Positions 1-6,865 of a stretch of DNA of 13,460 bases are shown here, piece after piece. The stretch is from Sumerlaeia bacterium (lineage in GTDB: Bacteria > Sumerlaeota > Sumerlaeia > SLMS01 > JAHLLQ01). The notes beneath the pieces are model-generated. The model was not told the origin of the DNA. It worked only from the letters and a program-made list of their open reading frames with translations, and did not search any database. Each line of letters begins with the position of its first letter. The stretch's first letter is position 1. Made by a program: the position numbers and the translations under genes. The stretch lies in contig JAVJSW010000047.1 in NCBI GenBank assembly GCA_040219255.1, positions 1 through 13,460 of the forward strand, given 5' to 3'.

Positions 1-154
1 CGCGGATTCCAGCCCGGGCTTCCAACCGTTCGGATACGCGGGGGGCCTGTACGATGGTGACACGGGGCTGGTGCACTTCGGGTTCCGGGAGTACAGCCCG
101 CGGACGGGGCGGTGGATGACGAAGGACCCGATTGGGTTTGATGGGGGGTGGAAT
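1..154 (+). repeat. Rhs core direct repeat, copy 1
   Basis: Aligns without gaps to 1658-1811; 103-154 is identical to 1760-1811 (52 bp). Confidence 0.95.
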
Positions 155-706
155 CATTACGGATATGCAAATGCCGTTCCAATGGATTTGATTGATCCAA
201 TAGGGTTAATTGTCGTTCATTTGGGAGCAGGTGGAAGTGGCTCATTTATTGTCGCAGGAGACCTCAATATCGGATTCGCTACTGATTTCTCTAACATAAG
301 TATTTTCATAAATAGTGGCGCCGGACTAGGTACTCCGGGTGGTTCAGTTGGGGCCGATTTTGGTGTATCGGCAGCAAAAGATGTAAAGGAATGGGCAGGA
401 TGGGGTGCCGAACTTAGCGTGGATGGGGGTGCCGGCTTAGGGGGCGGAGTCGGTGTGAATACCACACTCCCAAACATGTCCTTTTCTCGCCTCTTTAGTG
501 ATCCAATAGGTGCATTTGGAGGGCAACACAAAGTGGGTGGAGTTGTTCAAGGAGGAGCTGGAGCAGGACTTGGAATTGCGGGTACTATTGGCCATACGTG
601 GCTCCCACTCACATTGCGAACAGTTAATGGCCCCTCGTTTGGGCCGCCAATTCCTAAAGGAAATATTGTTCAAGGAGGGAGCGGGGGGCGTGGATCAGCG
701 AAATAG
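2..706 (+). CDS. Rhs-family protein, 5'-partial: end of Rhs core plus glycine-rich C-terminal toxin tip
   Basis: Frame is open from base 2 ([45 protein letters not shown]), which is an Rhs-associated core signature. It ends in [10 protein letters not shown] (DPxGL boundary at ~208), followed by a 165-aa variable tip. Confidence 0.93.
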   Translation, partial: ADSSPGFQPFGYAGGLYDGDTGLVHFGFREYSPRTGRWMTKDPIGFDGGWNHYGYANAVPMDLIDPIGLIVVHLGAGGSGSFIVAGDLNIGFATDFSNISIFINSGAGLGTPGGSVGADFGVSAAKDVKEWAGWGAELSVDGGAGLGGGVGVNTTLPNMSFSRLFSDPIGAFGGQHKVGGVVQGGAGAGLGIAGTIGHTWLPLTLRTVNGPSFGPPIPKGNIVQGGSGGRGSAK

Positions 707-1175
707 GCAGTATCTTGAATGTGCTATTTACACAAGCAGCACAATTGCCGCATTTTCATTTGTAGTGCATGTGTTGCTTGGTTTTGGTGGCCTTCTAATA
801 ATTGCGTATGCATGTGCAATTGTGCTTACTGTTGTCGATATAATGTATTTGGTCTTGCATCACGCCTTTGTTTTAAGGAGCCGCGCCTTCTTGTCTCGAA
901 GGCGTCTATTGTTGCGTAAGTATGCATTGTTTATGCCTTTGGCTATTTGTTTTCTTGTTTTGGACAAGGTCTTGATGGAATTGGTAATGTGGAATGAGCC
1001 GAGAGAGCTTGCTATATTTACTTGGATAATAATGATGAATTGTGTCATGTTTGGATTGGCTAATTCCTCGTCGTACATAGTTCTTTCCAAGAAGAGTCGA
1101 AAAAAGAGATTCCCTTCCAAAATTGAAAGCTCTGAGGCTGAGACGTGGGGCTATTTAGTGGAGCCAAGAATGTAA
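690..1175 (+). CDS. Putative immunity protein, integral membrane (~4 hydrophobic segments, ~161 aa)
   Basis: Lies within ORF 510..1175. GTG at 690 follows AGGAGG (673-678) and overlaps the toxin 3' end. AT-rich, with hydrophobic runs ([38 protein letters not shown]; [13 protein letters not shown]; [18 protein letters not shown]). Start codon is inferred. Confidence 0.72.
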   Translation: MDQRNRQYLECAIYTSSTIAAFSFVVHVLLGFGGLLIIAYACAIVLTVVDIMYLVLHHAFVLRSRAFLSRRRLLLRKYALFMPLAICFLVLDKVLMELVMWNEPRELAIFTWIIMMNCVMFGLANSSSYIVLSKKSRKKRFPSKIESSEAETWGYLVEPRM

Positions 1176-1202
1176 GAGTGTGTCTGAAGACCCAAATCAC
1201 TC

Positions 1203-2393
1203 TTGGCAGTCGAGTGGCGCGTAGGAACCTTCCCTCCGCGCTCTCTCAGACCCAGCGCGACAGCTCCCGTCATCCGGCCCCTCTCCTTGAGCAGCGCGAC
1301 CGAGGCGCAATACACCTACGACTCCCGCGGATTCCTGGAATCGGTGACGTTAGGGTCCGACACGATCGCGTACGTCCTCGACGGCCAGGGCCGTCGTGTG
1401 GCCCGCGAGGAGAATGGTGTTGTCAAAGACCGCTTCCTGTACAAAGACTTCATCAACCCGGTGGCGTGGCAGGACGCGGGCGACAGCGTCGCGTATTTCG
1501 TTTACGGCGGCCGGGGGCATGTGCCGGACTGGATGGTGAAGGGCGGGGCGTATTACCGCCTGGTGACCGATCACCTGGGCAGCGTGCGGCGCGTGGTGAA
1601 TGTGGAAACGGGAGTTGTGGTGCAGGAAATGAACTACGACGAATGGGGCAACGTGATCGCGGATTCCAGCCCAGGCTTTCAGCCGTTCGGGTACGCGGGG
1701 GGCCTATACGACGGGGCGACGGGGCTGGTGCATTTCGGGTTCCGTGAGTATAGCCCGCAGACGGGGCGGTGGATGACGAAGGACCCGATTGGGTTTGATG
1801 GGGGGTGGAATTGGTATGAGTATGTCGCTTCCTACCCAATAGGCAGTATTGATGTTTCCGGGCTACGATTCACGTACCCAGGTCCTGTCGAAGATGTGCG
1901 GGCGGGTGTATTGATAGCTGATATGCCGAGGGGAGAGCTTCCAAACGCAATAAATGATACTTTGCGGTATGTGACAAGAGTCGGTGGAACAAGAAGCTAC
2001 ACAGCCACATCGGGGTTTTATAGTAATGCGGACTTTGTCAACGGGAGAAGGAACATGTTAGATAGCATTCAAGGTGACATACAAGGCGGTATTACAAGTG
2101 GGACGGAGAAGTTTTGGGTGGATTATACTCGCTCGCCAGAATATTATGCTTTTGGTAATAGTCGAGTAATAGCAAATTGGAGTTTGGTAACAGGGCCCGA
2201 TGGGCGAGCGTACATAGACATAAATTACTCAATGACTGATGAGTTTACAGATCCATTTGATATAGGGGAGGCTCTTCGCGACCACGGGCCCACATGGTCA
2301 GCGGAGGATCACGCAATTATAAATGCCTTACAAGATCATTTTGGAAAGCCTTTTGATATGCGGCTCGACGGCTCCGAAAAACTGGTAAAATGA
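1203..2393 (+). CDS. Orphan Rhs module: truncated YD-repeat/Rhs core plus ~175-aa C-terminal toxin tip
   Basis: YD repeats start near 1300 (YTYDSRG, YVLDGQGRR, TDHLGSVR, YDEWGN). Core motif FGYAGGLYD...[10 protein letters not shown] is present; boundary PIGSIDVSGL ends at 1865. True start is uncertain and the module may be silent. Confidence 0.88.
   Translation: MAVEWRVGTFPPRSLRPSATAPVIRPLSLSSATEAQYTYDSRGFLESVTLGSDTIAYVLDGQGRRVAREENGVVKDRFLYKDFINPVAWQDAGDSVAYFVYGGRGHVPDWMVKGGAYYRLVTDHLGSVRRVVNVETGVVVQEMNYDEWGNVIADSSPGFQPFGYAGGLYDGATGLVHFGFREYSPQTGRWMTKDPIGFDGGWNWYEYVASYPIGSIDVSGLRFTYPGPVEDVRAGVLIADMPRGELPNAINDTLRYVTRVGGTRSYTATSGFYSNADFVNGRRNMLDSIQGDIQGGITSGTEKFWVDYTRSPEYYAFGNSRVIANWSLVTGPDGRAYIDINYSMTDEFTDPFDIGEALRDHGPTWSAEDHAIINALQDHFGKPFDMRLDGSEKLVK
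1658..1811 (+). repeat. Rhs core direct repeat, copy 2
   Basis: Aligns to 1-154; similarity ends abruptly after the ...GGWN codons. Confidence 0.95.
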
Positions 2394-2869
2394 AGAAGAG
2401 GTTATACTTCTTTCTGGGCACCGTGTCTTTTGTGTCAATAATAATGGTGGTTTGTTGTAAGTATATGTCTTACGAAATGCTTAGCAAAGACTGGCTGTAT
2501 TCCCTTGAATGCTCTGGGGGTTCAGTAGTGGAATTGGGAAATTATGCCGGAGATGAGTGGATATTTTACGACAAATATAGCAAGAAGGACGTGGTCCTTG
2601 GCTTGGCGGAGATCAGGTTGTATCCGCAAGGATACCTTGTTATAGGTCATCCAATGACCGGAAATGCGAGTGCGCCAGATGTTGAGTCGCATGTTGATTA
2701 CAGCAAGAATTTATACTTATTATTTGACAAAGAAAGCTGTGAATATAAAATACTACACAACGAGTCCGATCTTAATAAATTGGGAATTTCCTTGCAAAAT
2801 GAAAACTCAAACGATTACAGAATTGTAAGACCTTTTGGAACCAAGGAGCATAGGGATAGGAGTAAGTAG
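2390..2869 (+). CDS. Putative immunity protein with N-terminal membrane anchor or lipoprotein-like signal
   Basis: ATGA overlap with the toxin stop. MKKR followed by a hydrophobic stretch and VVCC, then a soluble domain. Low GC. Confidence 0.8.
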   Translation: MKKRLYFFLGTVSFVSIIMVVCCKYMSYEMLSKDWLYSLECSGGSVVELGNYAGDEWIFYDKYSKKDVVLGLAEIRLYPQGYLVIGHPMTGNASAPDVESHVDYSKNLYLLFDKESCEYKILHNESDLNKLGISLQNENSNDYRIVRPFGTKEHRDRSK

Positions 2870-3049
2870 TAGTTTGGTTGAATAGGGTATGGAGAGGCGC
2901 CGGTTGGTTAAGAATCTCGACGAAATCGAACTTCTGTGGTTTTCCAGTTCTACTACTAGTCCAAGAGCAATCGCCCTACGTCGCTTCCCGCTGATACTCC
3001 CGGATCAACCCGCCCAATTCCTATCGGCATTGAGCTGAAATTCCCCCTC

Positions 3050-4264
3050 CTAATACTCCACCCGAAACGTCGGGCTCTCCTCCGGCCGCTCTCCCCGCCG
3101 GTCGTACATTTTCGTCGTCGAGATATCCGCGTGCCCGAGCCAGGCCTGGACCCGGGCGATGTCGGCCCCGTGGTCGAGGGCGTTCGTCGCCGCCGTGGCC
3201 CGCAGGGCGTGGGGGCCGATGCCTGAGGCGGCGATGCCCGCCTCGCGGCAATAACGCGCGACGATTTCGCGGTGGACGCTGCCCGGATCGAGCCCCCGCG
3301 CGAGGCCTTCCCCCGTCGCGTTATTGACGACAGGCCGGAACAGCGCCCCGCCCCCGTCTTCGCCGTGCCCAGCCGCCTCCAGGTACTCGTGCACCAGGCG
3401 CCCCGTCGCCGGATGAAGCGGCACATAGCGCACCTTCGCCCCCTTGCCAAACACCCGCAAATGCGCCACCCCGCGCCGCGCTTCGATGTCGCCGACGCGC
3501 AGGCGGCAGAGCTCCTCGCGTCGCAGGCCGTGATAGAGCAGCATGGACAGGATCGCCCGGTCGCGCTTGGCCTTGAGCGAATCGCCCCGGGGCGCCGCCA
3601 GGAGCGCTCGCGCCTGATCGTCGCCCAGCGCCGGGGTTTTGCCTTCGCGCGACTCGCTGCGGGGGCGCTTGACGCCGTCCACCGGGTTGCCGGCGACGGC
3701 GTTGCATTCGCAGAGGTGATCGAAAAGCGACGCCAGCGCGGACAGCTTGCGCCGGATCGTGGCCCGCGCCAGGCCGCGCGCCTCCAGATCGCCGCGCCAG
3801 GCGATCACATGCGCCCGCGTGACCCGGACGAACTCGCCCGCCTGGCGGATGCCGACGAAGGCCATGAAGTCCTCGAGATCGCCCCGGTACGCGCGGCGCG
3901 TGCGGGGGTTGTCGATGTTGGCGAACCACTCGAGCTCGGGCGGCAGGGCGGCCAGCCCTTGGAACTCGGCCGCCGTCAGGTGCCGTCCTTCGGGGCCAGC
4001 AGGAAGAAAGGTGGGGTCGGGGGCCGGTGGCGAGGGAGAAGCGGAAGCGGGCGGGTTTTCGCTGGCGGAGGAAGACGGCGGGGTGGGGGAGAGGAGGGCG
4101 CGGTCTTCGCCGCTGGCACCGGAAGCCTCTCCGGACTCTCGCTCCAGACAATTGTCATCCGTGGATGCGGAAGGCCATCGGAGCGGCCGATGCTCGGAAG
4201 GAGAGTCCGCGAGAAAAGACGCATCCCTTTTGTCTTCTAACTGCCCAGCTTGACGATCACCCAT
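3050..4264 (-). CDS. Tyrosine recombinase/integrase (XerC/D-like, probable resolvase)
   Basis: Catalytic residues are all present: HGLRREEL (R), VFGKG (K), HALRAT (HxxR), LGHADISTTKMY (H, Y). N-terminal core-binding region NPRTRRAY...TIRRKLSAL. ATG at 4264 has AAGGAG upstream and is preferred over 4345, which overlaps the inverted repeat. Confidence 0.93.
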   Translation of the reverse strand: MGDRQAGQLEDKRDASFLADSPSEHRPLRWPSASTDDNCLERESGEASGASGEDRALLSPTPPSSSASENPPASASPSPPAPDPTFLPAGPEGRHLTAAEFQGLAALPPELEWFANIDNPRTRRAYRGDLEDFMAFVGIRQAGEFVRVTRAHVIAWRGDLEARGLARATIRRKLSALASLFDHLCECNAVAGNPVDGVKRPRSESREGKTPALGDDQARALLAAPRGDSLKAKRDRAILSMLLYHGLRREELCRLRVGDIEARRGVAHLRVFGKGAKVRYVPLHPATGRLVHEYLEAAGHGEDGGGALFRPVVNNATGEGLARGLDPGSVHREIVARYCREAGIAASGIGPHALRATAATNALDHGADIARVQAWLGHADISTTKMYDRRGERPEESPTFRVEY

Positions 4265-4344
4265 CACAGAACTCCTTTGTAGCTGACAAACAATAATCGC
4301 TGCCACCGAAAAGCGAAAGAGAACACAGTCCGCTTCTGCGCCCA

Positions 4345-4376
4345 TGACGCGCGATAATCCTTTTTATCGCGCGTCA
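4345..4376. other. Candidate tyrosine-recombinase core site, 13-6-13 perfect inverted repeat
   Basis: TGACGCGCGATAA-tccttt-TTATCGCGCGTCA, directly upstream of the recombinase gene. Confidence 0.75.
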
Positions 4377-4425
4377 ACTCCCCCGTCAACCCCAAGCGAA
4401 GAATTCACGGCATTCCACTATGCGC

Positions 4426-4453
4426 CTATCACATAAAGGACATTATGTTGCGC
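4426..4453. other. Second dif-like site (11-6-11 layout)
   Basis: ctatcACATAA-aggaca-TTATGTtgcgc; same ATAA-N6-TTAT centre as the first site. Confidence 0.6.
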
Positions 4454-4554
4454 AAAAGGGGAGTCGAGCCAAAAAGGGCTGTCCAGCCCGGAAAGGACAG
4501 GCGTAAGAAAAGGAAGCAATGAGCGAGGCTGTCAAATCGGCTAAAGCGGCGCAC

Positions 4555-4582
4555 TTGACCGCAGCGACCAGGATGCTATAAT
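4555..4582 (+). promoter_or_regulatory. Sigma70-type promoter of the TA operon
   Basis: TTGACC (4555-4560), 16-bp spacer, TATAAT (4577-4582) with an extended -10 TG; about 30 nt upstream of the antitoxin ATG. Confidence 0.75.
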
Positions 4583-4612
4583 CGGCCAGTGATAGTGAAA
4601 AGGAGCAAAACT

Positions 4613-4921
4613 ATGGAAAAGACCATCTCGACGCGGGACCTCCGCGCCACCGTCGGCGAAATTATCAACACCGTCCGCCTGCGCGGGGACACCTATCTCG
4701 TCGAACAGCGGGGCAAACCCCAGGCCGCCCTCGTGCCCCTCCACATCTACGAAGCCTACCAGAACAACCGCAAACGCCTGGTGGAACTCATGGACACGGT
4801 TGCGGAGCGCAACGCGGACCGGGATCCGGAGGAAATCGAAGCGGCCATCGACGAAGCCGTCGCCGAAGTGCGAGCCGGGCGCCGGGCGGCGAAGGCCCCG
4901 CAAACGCCCGAAGCGCGATGA
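4613..4921 (+). CDS. Type II antitoxin, Phd/YefM family
   Basis: MEKTISTRDLRATVGEIINTV...YLVEQRGKPQAALVP matches the Phd fold pattern. AAGGAG precedes the ATG at 4613; ATGA overlap with the PIN gene. Confidence 0.9.
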   Translation: MEKTISTRDLRATVGEIINTVRLRGDTYLVEQRGKPQAALVPLHIYEAYQNNRKRLVELMDTVAERNADRDPEEIEAAIDEAVAEVRAGRRAAKAPQTPEAR

Positions 4922-5352
4922 ATCCCCCGCGCGTCGTTCTCGACACCAACATCCTTGTCAGCACCCTTCTTCGACATCAAGGTCCGGCCGCCGAAGTCCG
5001 TCAGGTCTGGCGCCGTGGCGGCTTCGTGCTGTGCAGCTCCACCGTGTTGCTGGATGAACTCCAGGACGTTCTGTCACGCCCCTGGTTCGCGAAGGTTTCC
5101 CGGCTGGAGGCACCGGAAATCCGGGAATTCATCGACCGGCTCTCGCGCGAGGCGGTCCTGGTGGAGCCGGAAACGGTCGAAGCCGTCGTCCGCGACCCCG
5201 ACGACGATCACGTTCTGGCGGCAGCCATGGCGGCGAGGGCTGACATCATCGTGACCGGTGACAAAGACTTGCTCGTCCTGCAACCCGCTCACCGCGGGAT
5301 CGCCATTGTGACCCTGAAGACCTTTCTTGAGAGCATCGGCGAGGAAGGGTAG
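4918..5352 (+). CDS. PIN-domain toxin (VapC-like, PIN_3 type)
   Basis: RVVLDTNILVS...LDEL...RDPDDDHVLAAA...IIVTGDKDLL acidic PIN motifs. Confidence 0.93.
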   Translation: MNPPRVVLDTNILVSTLLRHQGPAAEVRQVWRRGGFVLCSSTVLLDELQDVLSRPWFAKVSRLEAPEIREFIDRLSREAVLVEPETVEAVVRDPDDDHVLAAAMAARADIIVTGDKDLLVLQPAHRGIAIVTLKTFLESIGEEG

Positions 5353-5365
5353 AAGAGGTTCTGAC

Positions 5366-5464
5366 ATGGCGCACACCCCCACCTTCGAGGGCTACGGCCC
5401 CTTCCTCGAAAGCCTCAAGGACCGCATCCGCACCGCCCGCGTGCGTGCGGCCCTCAGCGTCAAC
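5366..5464 (+). pseudogene. Truncated DUF1016/YhcG N-terminal fragment (33 codons)
   Basis: MAHTPTFEGYGPFLESLKDRIRTARVRAALSVN resembles the N-terminus of the full gene in this window (YGHLLGDIKARVRHAQTRASQAVQ). GAGG lies upstream; similarity is lost after 5464. Confidence 0.78.
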
Positions 5465-5651
5465 GGTGGTAAACTCCGCAGGAGGCAAACCCTTGACGCG
5501 AGGGCGAGACTCCGAGCGCCAGTCTGGGGCAAACGGCGAGGCGGCCCCCCAACGTGTTCCGGCGAGGGCGATGCCGTGGTCAGCAAGGGCGCTGTTGCGC
5601 CCCCACGCCGGGGAAGCCCGAAAACGGGTTAGGGAAGGAAAAGGGTCGGAG

Positions 5652-6224
5652 TCACTTGAGTGCGCGCCTGCGCTGTAGCTGCTGCTTCACGCCGGTAGCA
5701 TTCAGCCGCCACTCCAGCATCTCTGTGCTCACGCCGTAGGTGTGAGCGGCTGCGCCTCGTTCCACCTTAGACGCGGCGATCTTCATCGCGGCGGTGCGAG
5801 GCACCAAAAGCACGCCCGCCAACCAGTTCGCCTCATCCTCTTGCTCCTTATCGTAAGAATTGAGGAGCATGCACCCATCTTCGGAGACATCCACGCGAGC
5901 GGCAATGTGGCCGATGAGCAGGTGAGACAGTTCATGCATCGTGGAACTGCGCTGCCGTGGCTGCGAGTGCGACGAATTCAGGATGATGAGCTCACCCATC
6001 CCATCGAGACACAGAGTGATGGCTGACCAGCTCTTCGGATCATGCCGAAGCAACTGGTCGAGAGCATCCTGGGGAACCCCCGGGATGTCTTCCGGGCGAA
6101 GGATTCTAACCCCCAAGAACTCCGCCAGGGCATACGGGTCCAAAGGGTCGGCGTGATCCAGACCCAGTTCGTTGCGGTACTCTTCCGACAGCTTTTCGCA
6201 CCAGCTTTTGAATCCTCGCTTCAC
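5652..6224 (-). CDS. ImmA/IrrE family zinc metallopeptidase (CapP-like)
   Basis: RQRSSTMHELSHLLIGH (HExxH) and EQEDEANWLAGVLLVP, with a C-terminal HTH-like YGVSTEMLEWRL. Starts immediately after the HTH gene stop. Confidence 0.93.
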   Translation of the reverse strand: MKRGFKSWCEKLSEEYRNELGLDHADPLDPYALAEFLGVRILRPEDIPGVPQDALDQLLRHDPKSWSAITLCLDGMGELIILNSSHSQPRQRSSTMHELSHLLIGHIAARVDVSEDGCMLLNSYDKEQEDEANWLAGVLLVPRTAAMKIAASKVERGAAAHTYGVSTEMLEWRLNATGVKQQLQRRRALK

Positions 6225-6584
6225 TCACTCGACTCCGTTCGGATTGCAGGTGTTTCCTCTGGACACAGCTTCCGCCCGTTCTGCGGCGAGGATGAGTTGT
6301 GCGAGCGCTTGCGCTGTCGCAGGCTGGATCGAGCTTTCCTTGCGGAAGTGGACGGCTATTGGCGCCCGGGCTGTCGCGGGTTTGATGCCGAGGACTTCCC
6401 CAGGGTCGATGTCGAGCCATCCGCAGATTTTCCCGAAAGTCTGGAGGTCCGGTAGATTCCCTCGCTCGACTCGGGAAAGCGTGGCGGGGCTGATGCCGAT
6501 TTCCTGGGCTGCTTCGCGGATGCCAACGCTCCCGCGCTTCTCAACGATCTTCCGCCCTAGGGTTCGCAGGGTCAGTTTCGACAC
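6225..6584 (-). CDS. XRE-family HTH transcriptional regulator (CapH-like)
   Basis: GIREAAQEIGISPATLSRVERGNLPDLQTFGKICGWL. GTG at 6584 lies 9 nt after AAGGAG (119 aa). Confidence 0.92.
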   Translation of the reverse strand: MSKLTLRTLGRKIVEKRGSVGIREAAQEIGISPATLSRVERGNLPDLQTFGKICGWLDIDPGEVLGIKPATARAPIAVHFRKESSIQPATAQALAQLILAAERAEAVSRGNTCNPNGVE

Positions 6585-6721
6585 AGTTGTTCGCTCCTTG
6601 TGTCGCGTGGTTCCGCCCGGGAGGCTGTTTGGTGCAGAAGTCCTTGGGATTTTTGCCGGTCGTGTTGAAGCCATAAACCGCTGAAAAATAAGGATTTGTC
6701 CAACAGTGTCCCCCTTGTGTC

Positions 6722-6835
6722 GTTTCACGCGTAAGAATTCCGTTTGACTTGAGAGACGACTGGCACGAGAACCGCGAAGTCGTTCTCACCGGAGACGCCA
6801 CAGTTTCGTTTGTAAGACAAGGCGTCAAGTCGAAC
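6722..6835. promoter_or_regulatory. Array of candidate XRE operator boxes in the divergent promoter region
   Basis: GTTTCACGCGTAAGAA (6722), GTTTGACTTGAGAGAC (6742), GTTCTCACCGGAGAC (6782), GTTTCGTTTGTAAGAC (6803). Confidence 0.55.
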
Positions 6836-6865
6836 ATCCCACGCCTCCCGAGGAGGGCCTATCAA

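Noticed and set aside
510-689. 5' extension of the first immunity ORF
   Set aside because: Overlaps the toxin coding region by about 180 nt; the RBS supports a start at 690.
3272-4240. 322-aa plus-strand ORF and other ORFs overlapping the recombinase
   Set aside because: Antisense or alternative frames of a gene with a complete catalytic motif set.
5480-5640. GGCAAACC plus hairpins suggesting a c-di-GMP-I riboswitch or terminator
   Set aside because: The downstream GACGCAAA-type element and second stem are not evident, there is no gene downstream on that strand, and the hairpins lack a clear U-tract.
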